Positions 1 through 9,924 of a stretch of DNA of 52,287 nucleotides are shown here, piece by piece. The translations under genes were made by a program, and so were the position numbers. This stretch comes from a virus (lineage: Duplodnaviria > Caudoviricetes), in the IMG/VR virus record IMGVR_UViG_3300035156_000067, positions 1 through 52,287 of that record; one strand, given 5' to 3'. Each line of letters starts with the position of its first letter. Positions within the stretch are counted from its first letter, which is position 1. The notes under the pieces are model-generated. The model made no database searches, was not told the origin of the DNA, and was given only the letters and a program-made list of their open reading frames with translations.

Positions 1-127
1 AGACGGCCACCTGCCCGGCCTTGAGGCCGCAATGGAAGAGTACGGGCGCCTGAGCGAGCAGGACGAAGACCCTGTCGAAGAAGCCGCTGCCCTAGGCGAT
101 CCGACCCTCGAACCCGACGAAGCCTAA
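1..127. repeat. 127-bp terminal direct repeat (circular-assembly overlap), identical to 52161-52287
   Basis: Exact sequence match. It lies inside the portal gene 3' end, and 127 is a common assembler k-mer size. Confidence 0.95.
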
Positions 128-139
128 GCGGAGATCGCG

Positions 140-1288
140 ATGATCATCCAAGACAGCCTGACGCTCGACGCGTCCGGCCTCGCACTCACGCGTGACGGCT
201 TCCTCGTTGGCGAGGCCCGCGTCAGCCGCGCCGGAAACGTCCAGCAATACCTTGGCCGCGAACTTGGCCTCACCGGGGATCAAGCCGACCAGAGCTTTGG
301 CGTCTTCCGCGATCCTGACGTGGTGTTCGACACCGCGAGCATGATGTCTCTCGCCGGTCGCCCCGTCACCCGTGGCCACCCTGACGGCGGCGTCACCGCC
401 GACAACTGGAAGTCACTCGCCAAGGGCCAGATGGGCGGCATCGTGAAGCGCGATGGCGAACACGTCGTGGCCTCGATGGCGATCATGGACGTCGAGGCTG
501 TTCAGGAAGTCTCGGGCGGCGCTCGATCCCTCTCCGCTGGCTACACCGTCGACGTTATCCCCAGCGTCGGGACCGCCGCTGACGGCACCCCCTACCAGTT
601 CAAGCAGGCCGGGAAGCTCCGCTTCAACCACGTCGCTTACCTGCCCGACAACAACCCACGCGCCGGGAATACCCGCGTCGGTGACGAAACCCGCATCGGC
701 GATCGGGGCAAGCCTGATGCGGTCAATCAGCCCCTCAACCATGGAGACCGTCACATGACGCTCAAGACCATCACCGTGGACGGCCTCCCGGTCGAGACCA
801 CGGACGCGGGTGAAGCCGCGATCAACCTGTTGCGCGGGAAGCTGGCTGACGCCGCCACCGTGCTTCAGACCGCCAAGACCACAAACGACGCCGCCCTCGC
901 CGCCAAGGATGCCGAACTGGCAGCCAAGGACGCCGAGATCGCCACCCTGACCGCAAAGGTGCTGGATGCTGCCGCTCTGGACGTTTTGGTCGCCGACCGC
1001 GCCACGGTCGTGTCCAAGGCGAAAGCCCTGGTCTCCACGTTCGATGCCGCTGGCAAGTCCAATGCGGACATCAAACGCGCGGTCCTCGGCGACAGCGTCA
1101 AGGACAAGTCCGACGCCTACGTGGACGCCGCCTTCGACCTGAAGACGGCCGATCTGAAGGTTGCGGATCCGCTCCGTTCGGCCATCACCGACGCGGCGCC
1201 GCCCGCTGATCTGGTCAAGGCTCACACCGACGCCAAGGCCGCTCGTCTGTCGCGCTTCGCCGACAGCCACCTCGAAGCTGCAGCGTAA
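140..1288 (+). CDS. DUF2213-type capsid maturation protease/scaffold
   Basis: N-terminal DGFL...R.G.QQY, PVT.GHP, SAGY and NHVA motifs; Ala/Lys-rich helical C-terminus; lies between portal and capsid genes. Confidence 0.85.
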   Translation: MIIQDSLTLDASGLALTRDGFLVGEARVSRAGNVQQYLGRELGLTGDQADQSFGVFRDPDVVFDTASMMSLAGRPVTRGHPDGGVTADNWKSLAKGQMGGIVKRDGEHVVASMAIMDVEAVQEVSGGARSLSAGYTVDVIPSVGTAADGTPYQFKQAGKLRFNHVAYLPDNNPRAGNTRVGDETRIGDRGKPDAVNQPLNHGDRHMTLKTITVDGLPVETTDAGEAAINLLRGKLADAATVLQTAKTTNDAALAAKDAELAAKDAEIATLTAKVLDAAALDVLVADRATVVSKAKALVSTFDAAGKSNADIKRAVLGDSVKDKSDAYVDAAFDLKTADLKVADPLRSAITDAAPPADLVKAHTDAKAARLSRFADSHLEAAA

Positions 1289-1300
1289 GGAGCGCCAGAC

Positions 1301-1777
1301 ATGCCAGTTGTTCAATCCACCTACGGCACCGACTACGCCAAGGGATTCCCCGGTCAGGTCGCTAACGGCGAAACCTCGAACCGCATCTCACGCACCTGCG
1401 AAGACGCTGCCGGTATCGCTTTCGGAGCGCCGGTCTATCGCGGCGTCGGCGATCACGGCTGCACCGGCGTCATCGGCACGGCTGCGACCTTTCTCGGCTT
1501 CGCCATCGCTGACCACGGCATCCAGCCTCTGGTTGGCGGCGTCGCGGCCGACATTTACCCCCGCTACGAAAACGTCGCCATTCTGACCGGCGGCGTGATG
1601 TGGGTGACCGCTGGCGGCGCTGTCGCCGACGGTGCCGCTGTCACGGTCGGCAAGGCCGGCGGTGCGGCTGACGGTATCGGCCAGACCGCTGCTGACGCGA
1701 CCCATATCGCCGCCACCGGCTGGGTCTTCGACGACACCCTCGCTGCGACGGGCCTCGCCCGCGTGGCCAAGCGCTAA
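1301..1777 (+). CDS. Head decoration/cement protein
   Basis: Small Gly/Ala-rich protein between protease and capsid genes; AAGGAG RBS. Confidence 0.7.
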   Translation: MPVVQSTYGTDYAKGFPGQVANGETSNRISRTCEDAAGIAFGAPVYRGVGDHGCTGVIGTAATFLGFAIADHGIQPLVGGVAADIYPRYENVAILTGGVMWVTAGGAVADGAAVTVGKAGGAADGIGQTAADATHIAATGWVFDDTLAATGLARVAKR

Positions 1778-1791
1778 AGGAGCGTCAGACC

Positions 1792-2736
1792 ATGCCAGAC
1801 ATCAACTTCACCGACGCCCAACAGGCGCTCGGCTTCATCAACCCGCAGCAACTGCGGATCGAGACCGAAGTCTATCAGATCAAGTATCCGAGCTTCGATT
1901 ACTCCCGCCTGATGCACGTCGATACCGACGGCGACATGTGGGACATCGGGTCGGTCTTCTTCTCCGGAGACATCGGCGGTAAGGCCGAGTTCCTGTCGTC
2001 CAAGGGCTTCGATATGCCCTTCGCCGACATCGCTCAGTCGCAGTACCTTCGCCAGAACCAACTGGCCGGTATCGGCTACGAGTGGTCGCTCGGGGAACTG
2101 CAACGCGCCGCTCGCCTCGGCCAGAATCTCAGTGCGTCGAAGGCCTCGGCCGCAAGCCGCATCGCTGAGCGCTTCATCTACGGCATCGCCATCTCTGGCC
2201 ATGCCGAGAAGGGCTGGACCGGCCTGATCAACGATCCCAACGTCCCCGTGGCCACTGCGGCTGCGGACGGCACCGGCTCGGCCACTGCATGGTCGACGAA
2301 GACCCCGGACCAGATCAACCGGGACTTCAACCTGGTCGTCGAGGGCGTCTACAACGCTTCCGGCGAAACCGAGATCGCCAACCGGGTTCTGCTGCCGACC
2401 TCGCGTTTGCAGTATCTGGCCCGCACGCGCATCGGCGACACGACCGACACGATCCTCAAGTTCGTGCGCGAGAACAACGCCTACACCGCCCAGACCGGCC
2501 AGCCGCTGGAAATCATCGGCACCCGCGAGTTGGCTGCGGCTGGCGCCGGCGGCACGGCCCGCATGATGGCCTACAACAACTCCAAGGACGTCGTGCAACT
2601 CCACCTGCCAGGCCCTCACGAGTTCCTGCCGGCCTTCCAGAAGTCGTCGATGACATGGGAAGTCGCCGGGATCATGAACGTCGGTGGCGTCGAAATCCGC
2701 CTGCCGAAGGGCGCTTCGTATCTGGACGGGATCTAG
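1792..2736 (+). CDS. Major capsid protein (DUF2184-like)
   Basis: 314 aa with IGYEWS..EL, TGLIN.PNV and GGVEIR.P motifs; strong RBS; synteny. Confidence 0.9.
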   Translation: MPDINFTDAQQALGFINPQQLRIETEVYQIKYPSFDYSRLMHVDTDGDMWDIGSVFFSGDIGGKAEFLSSKGFDMPFADIAQSQYLRQNQLAGIGYEWSLGELQRAARLGQNLSASKASAASRIAERFIYGIAISGHAEKGWTGLINDPNVPVATAAADGTGSATAWSTKTPDQINRDFNLVVEGVYNASGETEIANRVLLPTSRLQYLARTRIGDTTDTILKFVRENNAYTAQTGQPLEIIGTRELAAAGAGGTARMMAYNNSKDVVQLHLPGPHEFLPAFQKSSMTWEVAGIMNVGGVEIRLPKGASYLDGI

Positions 2737-2739
2737 TCG

Positions 2740-3033
2740 ATGGCCAAGTTCACCAACTACACCCAAGGGCCCAAGGGCCTGAACACCGCCGACGGCCTGG
2801 TGGTCTTCGTCGAACCCGGCAAGTCCGTGGACGTCGAGATCACCAAGGAAGAGGCGGCGTCGGCCAAAGGCACCGGCTGGTTCTCGCCTCCCAAGGCGGG
2901 CGAGGCGGAAGCGGCGCCTGAACTCTCGGACGCCGAGGTCATCGCGACCTTCAGCGAAGCCGAGAAGGCCGCCTACGACAAGGCTGACGCGGCCAAGAAG
3001 GCCGAACTGCTCGCCGACAAGCGGGCCGCCTAA
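2740..3033 (+). CDS. Hypothetical virion-associated protein
   Basis: Tightly packed after the capsid gene; 97 aa. Confidence 0.65.
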   Translation: MAKFTNYTQGPKGLNTADGLVVFVEPGKSVDVEITKEEAASAKGTGWFSPPKAGEAEAAPELSDAEVIATFSEAEKAAYDKADAAKKAELLADKRAA

Positions 3034-3034
3034 G

Positions 3035-3508
3035 ATGGCCTTCGGCGCCGACGCTGGCTTCACGGCCTATCTCGTCGCCAATGGCCTAACGCTGCCCGCT
3101 GGCGCACCGGCTCCGGCCGTCCTGCGTCAGCGGGGTAGCGCCTACATCAACGGGCTGTACGGTCCTGATTTCTCCGGTGTCCCGACCGACGGGTTTGCGC
3201 AAGAGGACTCATGGCCCCGTGTCGGTGCTGAGGCATACGGCCAGGCCATCCCCTCCGACATGATCCCTGTCGCCGTGATCAACGCCAGCTATGCGGCGGG
3301 GTATCAGGAAGCGGTGTCGCCGGGTTCGCTGTCCATCGCAGCATCAGGCTCCAAGTCGGTGAAGCGAAAGAAGATCGACGTCATCGAGACCGAGTTCTTC
3401 GAGGGCTCTGGCGACGCGCTGAAAGACAGCACCATCCGCCTGCAGGTCGTCGAAGGCTTGCTTGCCCCGTTCTTCGCCGTCTCCCTTCCCGCAATCTTTG
3501 TGGTCTGA
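3035..3508 (+). CDS. Head-tail adaptor
   Basis: Q...WPR.G and IP.AV.NA motifs typical of siphovirus connectors; synteny. Confidence 0.7.
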   Translation: MAFGADAGFTAYLVANGLTLPAGAPAPAVLRQRGSAYINGLYGPDFSGVPTDGFAQEDSWPRVGAEAYGQAIPSDMIPVAVINASYAAGYQEAVSPGSLSIAASGSKSVKRKKIDVIETEFFEGSGDALKDSTIRLQVVEGLLAPFFAVSLPAIFVV

Positions 3509-3509
3509 C

Positions 3510-3776
3510 ATGCACACCTGTGTCATCGTCCCGCCCGTGACGAACTACATCGATCCCGAGGACCCGCGCGCGACCGCTCACCAGATGCCGATGGCTATGG
3601 CGACCGAGACCCTGCAGGACATCATCAGTTCGGCCGATCTGCTCCAGAAGGCGATTATCGACGACGCCTCCCATGCTGAGCAGGCCAAGATCCGCGAAAT
3701 CGGCATCGCTCAGTGCGAATCCTACTTTGACCTGATGGCCGAGGCCGCCCGTCACTCCCGGGCTCTGAAGCCCTAA
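3510..3776 (+). CDS. Hypothetical protein
   Basis: ATG at 3510 directly after the upstream stop; fills the gap in the operon. Confidence 0.55.
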   Translation: MHTCVIVPPVTNYIDPEDPRATAHQMPMAMATETLQDIISSADLLQKAIIDDASHAEQAKIREIGIAQCESYFDLMAEAARHSRALKP

Positions 3777-3781
3777 ACCCG

Positions 3782-4804
3782 ATGGCCAAACGCCCTGTTC
3801 AACGACGGCTCTTCCGGGAGTTGGCGGCGAAGTTCGGCCAAGAGGTCGCGGATGCCTTCATGTCATCCATACGTGACCTGACAGACGGCGTTGAAATCCA
3901 ACGGCTCATCGCGGCCATCGCCAGAGGCGATCTTCAGGGTGCGATAGACGCGCTCCACATCGACCGGGCCGCGTTCCACCCATTCGAGGCCAAGCTCAAC
4001 GAGGCCTTCGTCGCAGGCGGTCAGGGCGCGGTCGCATCCATGCCGGCCAGCATATCGATCGGCTTCCGGTTCGACCCTGGCAACCAGCGCGCCGCCGAGA
4101 TCATCCGCGCTCGCGCTGGACGCTTCATCACCGGCCTCCTCGACACCGAACGTCAGGCTGCTCGCGACTTCATCGCCGACGGCATGGCGCGGGGCGCGCA
4201 TCCGAAGTCAGTGGCTCTCGATCTCGTCGGGCGCATCAACCGGGTCACCCAGAAGCGTGAAGGGCTCATCGGCCTGTCCAACCCCCAGCGCGCCGCCGTG
4301 GCCACAGCGAGGGCTGAGCTGGCATCTGTCGACCCGGCCGGACTGAACAACTACCTCACCCGCAAGCGTCGCAACCGCAGCCTCGACAGCGCCGTGCGCA
4401 CCGCCCTCAGGGACGGTAAGCGCATCAAGCCCGCAACGGCCCGCTACATGGCCACACAGTACGCCAACGGCCTGCTGAAGCTCCGGGGCGAGGTCATTGC
4501 CCGCACGGAAGGCCTACCCGCCATCCGGGCAGCAAAGCGCGAGGCCTATCAGCAACTCGTCGACGACGGCCGGGTCCAAGCTCAAGACATCACACGGGGC
4601 TGGCACGACACCGCCGACCAGCGCACCCGCGACACCCACGCTGCGATGGGCGGCCAGACGGTTCGCGGCCTCGACCGGCCGTTTGTCAGCCCGAGCGGCG
4701 CCATGATGCTCTTCCCCGGCGACACCAGTTTCGGCGCACCCGTGGAAGAGATCGTCGCCTGTCGCTGCGACGAAAGCATATCGATCACCCGCCGCGCCGC
4801 CTGA
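3782..4804 (+). CDS. Minor head morphogenesis protein (SPP1 gp7/Mu gpF family)
   Basis: IARTE, D.RTR.TH, FPGD and CRC motifs. Confidence 0.88.
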   Translation: MAKRPVQRRLFRELAAKFGQEVADAFMSSIRDLTDGVEIQRLIAAIARGDLQGAIDALHIDRAAFHPFEAKLNEAFVAGGQGAVASMPASISIGFRFDPGNQRAAEIIRARAGRFITGLLDTERQAARDFIADGMARGAHPKSVALDLVGRINRVTQKREGLIGLSNPQRAAVATARAELASVDPAGLNNYLTRKRRNRSLDSAVRTALRDGKRIKPATARYMATQYANGLLKLRGEVIARTEGLPAIRAAKREAYQQLVDDGRVQAQDITRGWHDTADQRTRDTHAAMGGQTVRGLDRPFVSPSGAMMLFPGDTSFGAPVEEIVACRCDESISITRRAA

Positions 4805-4812
4805 GGTGACCC

Positions 4813-5187
4813 ATGAGCATTCTGACCGGCGTCGCTGCTGACGCACTCCGGGACTTCGGCGACGACTTCGAAAACGGCACCCTGTTCGTGCCGGGCGTCC
4901 GCAACTCGGACGGTCAGGGCGGCTTCACCGCGGGACAGGCGACCCCGCATCCCTGCAAGGTGCTGCTGACCAGCTATTCCGACTACCGCCGCCTCGCTCT
5001 CGGCATTCCCGCCACCGACCGGCTGGTGCTGGTCCTCGGGGCGAGCCTTCTCGCTGGCGTCATCCCGGCCAAGGGGCATCAGGTCCGCGCTCCCGATCCT
5101 GCGGCCGGCGGAGCGCTCCAGACGTTCGACATCGTCGCGGTGACGGGTGATCCCGCCTCCGCGCTCTACAAGCTGCAGGCCCACTGA
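4813..5187 (+). CDS. Head closure/stopper protein
   Basis: Synteny; C-terminal DPA.ALY.LQ pattern. Confidence 0.65.
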   Translation: MSILTGVAADALRDFGDDFENGTLFVPGVRNSDGQGGFTAGQATPHPCKVLLTSYSDYRRLALGIPATDRLVLVLGASLLAGVIPAKGHQVRAPDPAAGGALQTFDIVAVTGDPASALYKLQAH

Positions 5188-5585
5188 TGGCGAAGGTCAC
5201 GCTGGACATGAACGCCGTTGACGACCTGTCCTCACGCGCTGTCGAGGGTGGTGTTCGAGCAGTCCTCGGCAAGGCGGAGCGCCTGTTGAAAGAAGACATC
5301 CTCAACCGCCCCGGCACCGGTCGGCAGTACGGACTGCACCGGGCCTCTGCTCCCGGCCAGCCGCCAGCGCCTGACATTGGCAACCTGCGGGCCCAGACCA
5401 ACGCTGACCCCACTCTGCGCGAAGAGGGCGACGAGACGGTCGGGCAGATCACCGCCGACGCCGCCTACGCCGAGGCTCTGGAGAAGGGCACCGAGCGCAT
5501 CGCAGCCCGTCCGTTCTTCGGTTTGCTGGTCTCGGAACACTCTGACGATCTGGCGAGGGCGTTCAGCGAAGGTGCACTGCGATGA
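5187..5585 (+). CDS. Neck/tail-completion protein (HK97 gp10-like)
   Basis: HRASAPGQPPA.D.GNL, YA.ALE.GT and ARPF motifs. Confidence 0.85.
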   Translation: MAKVTLDMNAVDDLSSRAVEGGVRAVLGKAERLLKEDILNRPGTGRQYGLHRASAPGQPPAPDIGNLRAQTNADPTLREEGDETVGQITADAAYAEALEKGTERIAARPFFGLLVSEHSDDLARAFSEGALR

Positions 5586-6010
5586 ACAGCGCGCTTACGG
5601 TTTTCAATCGGTTGCAGTCCGACGCTCTGACCGCTTCCGAACTGGACACCTTCGACGGCCTGCCCGCTATCTTCGACGACAACGCGCCCGACGGCTTCGT
5701 ATTCGGCAGCGATCTGGTCATCATCATCGCGGCCCCGACCCGCAACGAGGCCGACCCGACCTTCTCGGAACAGGCTTGGACCGTTGAGCGGGACCTCAGG
5801 CTCTACATGAAGCACACCGGCTCCAACGCCCGCCTCGATGCTGTGGCCGAACACGTCCGCGACCTGTTCCACCTGAAACCGGAAGACCTCTACGTCGACG
5901 GCGGCACGGTCACGATCTGCACCGCCTCCGGTCCCGTCGCCTCCCCTGCCTCTGATCCATCCCTCTTAGGACGCCGCGTCTCGCTGCGTCTGACCATTCA
6001 GGAAACCTGA
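5582..6010 (+). CDS. Tail terminator (DUF3168-like)
   Basis: Synteny before the tail tube gene; IFDD.AP and VRDLFH motifs. Confidence 0.7.
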   Translation: MNSALTVFNRLQSDALTASELDTFDGLPAIFDDNAPDGFVFGSDLVIIIAAPTRNEADPTFSEQAWTVERDLRLYMKHTGSNARLDAVAEHVRDLFHLKPEDLYVDGGTVTICTASGPVASPASDPSLLGRRVSLRLTIQET

Positions 6011-6012
6011 GC

Positions 6013-6201
6013 ATGATCCCGATGAACGCCTTGGTCGGTTTCTCCGATCGTGTCCTCGCCACCGAGCAGAACCCGTCCGGCTCCCAAGCTGCGGCGTCCC
6101 CGTTCAGCGCACCGTCTGCAGACGCCGCCAACCACCTCGAGCGGGAAGGCCTCGCCGAGCGGGTCAAGCCCGTCACCGCCTCGCCTGCCTCCAAGACCTG
6201 A
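6013..6201 (+). CDS. Small hypothetical protein
   Basis: Fills the gap; HLE..GLAERV motif of the kind seen in small tail-region proteins. Confidence 0.5.
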   Translation: MIPMNALVGFSDRVLATEQNPSGSQAAASPFSAPSADAANHLEREGLAERVKPVTASPASKT

Positions 6202-6227
6202 ACCCCATCGAACCGGAGAACTGAACC

Positions 6228-6650
6228 ATGGCTGTACTTGCCCAAGGCCTGATGAAGGCCGAGATCGACACGTCGACGACCGGCGGCCCCACTTACACGA
6301 ACGTCTCTGGCGTCACGAACATTGCGGGCGGCGGTCGTCCCGCAAACGACATCGACGCAACCGACTTCGACACCGCCGCCGGCACGACCGAAACCATCCC
6401 GGGCCCGCGCGGCAACTCGCCATTCACGTTCGATCTGCAGTACGAACCCGGTGACGTCGGGCAAGAGGCGCTGTTCACCGCTGAGGCCGCGAACACGTCG
6501 AAGCTTTTCCGGATCAAGATGGGCACCAAGCAGATCACGTTCTCTGCCGTTCCCACGCTCAGCCTCTCGGCGCCCGTCGCCGGCAAGGTCACCTATTCGG
6601 TCTCGCTGACGCCTCTCGTCGCGGCGGTCCGCGGCGCGTACGCCGCCTAA
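6228..6650 (+). CDS. Major tail tube protein
   Basis: IDATDF...E.IPG and P.D.GQ.AL motifs; GGAG RBS. Confidence 0.85.
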   Translation: MAVLAQGLMKAEIDTSTTGGPTYTNVSGVTNIAGGGRPANDIDATDFDTAAGTTETIPGPRGNSPFTFDLQYEPGDVGQEALFTAEAANTSKLFRIKMGTKQITFSAVPTLSLSAPVAGKVTYSVSLTPLVAAVRGAYAA

Positions 6651-6651
6651 G

Positions 6652-7032
6652 ATGAATGACGCCCGCCAAGGCGTCGTCCGCCTCGACCTTCCAGACGGGC
6701 GGTCACTGCCGCTCAGCGTCACCTATCAGCGACTTGATATGCTCGGCCATGGCTGGGTCATCGAGAAGCTGGAGGTGCTGCAAAAGGGCAAGGCCGGGGC
6801 GAACCAAGCGCTCGCCGATCTGATCGGCTTATTCACCAACGGCGCCGTGACCTCTGAGGAGGTCATGGAGTCGGAAGCGACGGTCTATCCGTTGGGCCCC
6901 TGCACCCGTTCCATCTGGGCCGCATGGGAACTGGCGTTTCACGGTCCTGCCGGGAGGCCAGCCACGGAAGGCCCGGCAAACCCTCAGATGCGCCGGCCGA
7001 CCCTGTTGAAGCGGCTCTTCGGAGCGCGCTGA
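6652..7032 (+). CDS. Tail assembly chaperone (gpG-like)
   Basis: Lies between tube and tape measure genes and overlaps a -1 frame ORF. Confidence 0.75.
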   Translation: MNDARQGVVRLDLPDGRSLPLSVTYQRLDMLGHGWVIEKLEVLQKGKAGANQALADLIGLFTNGAVTSEEVMESEATVYPLGPCTRSIWAAWELAFHGPAGRPATEGPANPQMRRPTLLKRLFGAR

Positions 7033-7316
7033 AGGCAGGCGTACCGGCGGCGACCTTCTGGGCCTCTACACCCTACAACGTGGCGATGGAGATCAAGGAA
7101 CGGGCTCTTGCGCGGTTCGAGGCGGCCCTGTTCACCGGCTGGTTCGCCGAACGGTTCGCCCGAGAGAGCCAACTGCAGGGGCCACAACACTATCTCGCCG
7201 AGTTTACCGGCGAGCAGGACAGCCCAGCGATACAGCAGGCCACCGCCGAAGCTGAACTCGCCCGCATGGCGCTCACCTGGGGGCTAGACCTTGAGGACGT
7301 CGAGCAGGACGACTAG
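6978..7316 (+). CDS. Tail assembly chaperone -1 frameshift extension (gpT-like)
   Basis: In-frame heptamer A AAC CCT at 6978-6984; the -1 frame encodes FW..TPY.V, typical of gpT. Confidence 0.7.
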   Translation, partial: KPSDAPADPVEAALRSALKAGVPAATFWASTPYNVAMEIKERALARFEAALFTGWFAERFARESQLQGPQHYLAEFTGEQDSPAIQQATAEAELARMALTWGLDLEDVEQDD

Positions 7317-7339
7317 CGTTGGATCAACGGGAGTCGAAA

Positions 7340-7555
7340 ATGCGAACAATGCTGAACATCTTTGGCGCGGTGCTGGTCGGCCTCGGGCTGTTGGGCTTCG
7401 CCGTTTTCCTGATTGGGTATGGCGGGGAAGGCGCGGCGGCTTTGTCCGGCGGGGCCGTGCCGATGATGCTGATCCAGACCCAGGGCATGATCATCTCGGC
7501 GACGCTGCTGATTGTTGGCGTGGTAATCTGGTGCACTGGAACGAGGAAACCCTGA
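7340..7555 (+). CDS. Small two-TM membrane protein (moron)
   Basis: Two hydrophobic segments; inserted before the tape measure gene and followed by a terminator. Confidence 0.65.
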   Translation: MRTMLNIFGAVLVGLGLLGFAVFLIGYGGEGAAALSGGAVPMMLIQTQGMIISATLLIVGVVIWCTGTRKP

Positions 7556-7589
7556 CGGGCGTCCGCGAAAACGACCAAACGGATTGATG

Positions 7590-7616
7590 AGGCGGTTCTT
7601 CGGGGCCGCCTTTTTC
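7590..7616 (+). terminator. Intrinsic terminator
   Basis: AGGCGGTTC-TTCG-GGGCCGCCT stem-loop followed by a T run. Confidence 0.8.
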
Positions 7617-7629
7617 TATGGGGGCCATC

Positions 7630-9924
7630 ATGGCAGTTGTCGGCTCCGCTGAGTTTCAGGTGCGCGCTGACCGCGCTCAGATGAAAAAGGATCTCGAGCA
7701 GGCGAAGCGCGATGTCGCGGGCTTCACGGCAGATGCAGAGCGCGAGGTCGGAGGTTCTACCGGGCGCATCGGCGGCCTTTTGGGCAAAATCGGGTTCGCA
7801 GTTGCAGCCGTCAGCGCCATCATTGGCACGGGCATCGCTTTAGCGATCAAGTTCGGCGGCGCATCGCTGCAAATGGCCGAGACCATTGCCGACGGTGCAA
7901 AGCGCATCGGTATCGGCACCGAGGCCCTGCAAGAATATCAGTACGTTGCGCGGAAGACCGGACAGGACGCGGCAGCGGTTAGCAGCGACCTAGAAGCCTT
8001 TTCGAACAAGGCGGCTCAGGCCATGGCTGGGCTCTCGAAAGAGAGCGCCGACGCGTTCCGCGCCCTCGGCTTCAAACCTGACGACCTGAAGAAATTCAAG
8101 GACACCGAGGGGCTACTTGACGCTGTTCTTGACCGGATAGGCGAGTTGTCGAGCGCGGCGGACCGCGCTGCAATCACCGAGAAGCTGGGCCTCGGCTCCT
8201 TGGCGACAGCGGCTCGCGAAGGCTCAGACGAGATCGCAAAGCTGCGGGATGAAGCCCGCGCCCTCGGCTTTGTCATGGATGACGCCCTCATTCAGAAGGG
8301 GGCCGCCGCTCAGGATCAATTGGAGGACTTGTCTCAGGTTATCGGCATCCAAATGGCCGAGGCATTCATCGGCCTGTCCGATGAGGTTCTGGCGTTCACC
8401 GGACACATCGCTGATGCGATCCGGGGCCTGAACACTTTCATCGATCGGTTCAAGGATGTCCGCGCCCGCAACGACGCAATGTACGGTGCCGACTTTACTA
8501 AAAACGTGGCCTCGGGCAATTCATTCCAAGCGCTGCGGAGTGCCGTTGGCTCGGTTTTCTCAGGTCGCACAACCGGTGCCGCCCAGATCATTCGCAGTGG
8601 TGGCGACCTCGCTGTACCTGGCCCGATCGATCAAGCGGCGCTCGCTGCGATAGCGGAAGCGCCCCGTGACCCGCGGGTCCCCACCTTCAGCGGACGGACC
8701 AGTCTCACCCCCGTTCAGCCCCGCGGCCGCACCGACAATTCGGCCCAACGCAAGGCCGAACAGGAAGCTCGCCGTGCCGAACGGGTCGAGACCGAGATCA
8801 ACCGCGCCCGCGCCGAGATGCTGGGCATCGTCGACAACGAGCTGCAGACGGTTCAGCAGCGCTATGACACAGCCAAGGCTCAGACGGAGGCCGAGCGCGA
8901 AGCTGAAAAGACGCAGCTGGAGAGCCGCAAGGCCCGCAAGGACATCACCCAGGGCGAGCTCGACCAGCTCACGCTGATCAATCGCCAGACCGCAAATCTT
9001 GAGGACCGGGTCGCCGCCGATGTGCTGGCCCGTGACCTCAGCGACGAGCGGCTGGCGAAGGAACGGCTTCTGTCGGACCTCACTTCCGATCTGTTAACGC
9101 TGCAGGCCAGCGCCGCGCGGACTGCAGGCGAACGCCGCCAGATCGAACGTCACCTACTTGCTATCGCTCAGCAGCGCGCCCGCGAAGATCTGCTCAAGGA
9201 TCCGACCTACCTCAAACTCGACGCTGATGGACAAGCGCGTGCCGTCGCTTCTCAGGATCAGGTCTTCAAGGGCCAGCGGGACGCCACGAACCGCAACAAC
9301 ATGTCCCCGATGGACCAATGGCGCGACGCCTCGCTGAAATCGATTGGCGAGGTTGACGAGGCCTATCAAGCGATCGCCGCAAACGGCCTCGATGCCCTGA
9401 ACAGCGGCATCGTCGACGCGATCATGAACAGCAAGAGCTTGGGCGACGTGTTCTCGAACGTGGCCAAGGGCATCCTCGCCGACCTTCTGGCCATCTCGGT
9501 TCGCCGCGGCATCACCGAGCCGCTGGAACAGGTTCTGTTCGGCGGCGGTAACGCAGTGAAGGACACGGCAAGTGCGGTTCCAAGCCTTGTAAAGACGTTC
9601 CTCAACAGCTTCGGACGGCGTGCTGCCGGTGGACCCGTCTCTGCAGGCTCACCCTACATCGTCGGCGAGAACCGGGCCGAAATCTTCGTCCCGTCGGTCC
9701 CCGGCACGATCATGCCGAACCTCGGCGCCATGTCCGGGGGCGCGATGAGCAGGCAATCCGCGCCTATGCACTTCGACTTGAGGGGGGCTGTGATGACATC
9801 TGACCTTCTCCAGCAGATGCAGGGCATGGCCAGCACGACAGGCGGCGCAGCCTTTGGGGCCGCTCGGAAGGCCGTGCCGTCGGACATGGCGAAGTCCAGC
9901 CGATACAACCGGTCTCGCCCGTGA
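7630..9924 (+). CDS. Tape measure protein
   Basis: About 765 aa, helical and Ala-rich; C-terminal RAAGGPV...YIVGE...EIFVP motif. Confidence 0.92.
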   Translation: MAVVGSAEFQVRADRAQMKKDLEQAKRDVAGFTADAEREVGGSTGRIGGLLGKIGFAVAAVSAIIGTGIALAIKFGGASLQMAETIADGAKRIGIGTEALQEYQYVARKTGQDAAAVSSDLEAFSNKAAQAMAGLSKESADAFRALGFKPDDLKKFKDTEGLLDAVLDRIGELSSAADRAAITEKLGLGSLATAAREGSDEIAKLRDEARALGFVMDDALIQKGAAAQDQLEDLSQVIGIQMAEAFIGLSDEVLAFTGHIADAIRGLNTFIDRFKDVRARNDAMYGADFTKNVASGNSFQALRSAVGSVFSGRTTGAAQIIRSGGDLAVPGPIDQAALAAIAEAPRDPRVPTFSGRTSLTPVQPRGRTDNSAQRKAEQEARRAERVETEINRARAEMLGIVDNELQTVQQRYDTAKAQTEAEREAEKTQLESRKARKDITQGELDQLTLINRQTANLEDRVAADVLARDLSDERLAKERLLSDLTSDLLTLQASAARTAGERRQIERHLLAIAQQRAREDLLKDPTYLKLDADGQARAVASQDQVFKGQRDATNRNNMSPMDQWRDASLKSIGEVDEAYQAIAANGLDALNSGIVDAIMNSKSLGDVFSNVAKGILADLLAISVRRGITEPLEQVLFGGGNAVKDTASAVPSLVKTFLNSFGRRAAGGPVSAGSPYIVGENRAEIFVPSVPGTIMPNLGAMSGGAMSRQSAPMHFDLRGAVMTSDLLQQMQGMASTTGGAAFGAARKAVPSDMAKSSRYNRSRP

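Noticed and set aside
1774-3063. Long antisense ORFs (also 413-1315, 12394-13992, 33986-35017, 39136-40377, 51208-52170)
   Set aside because: These are shadow frames of high-GC genes with no recognisable motifs or RBS.
140-6650. C-terminal AA on structural proteins as ssrA mimics
   Set aside because: These proteins are Ala-rich and lack a nearby AND motif. The scaffold LEAAA could be a real degron but is unsupported here.
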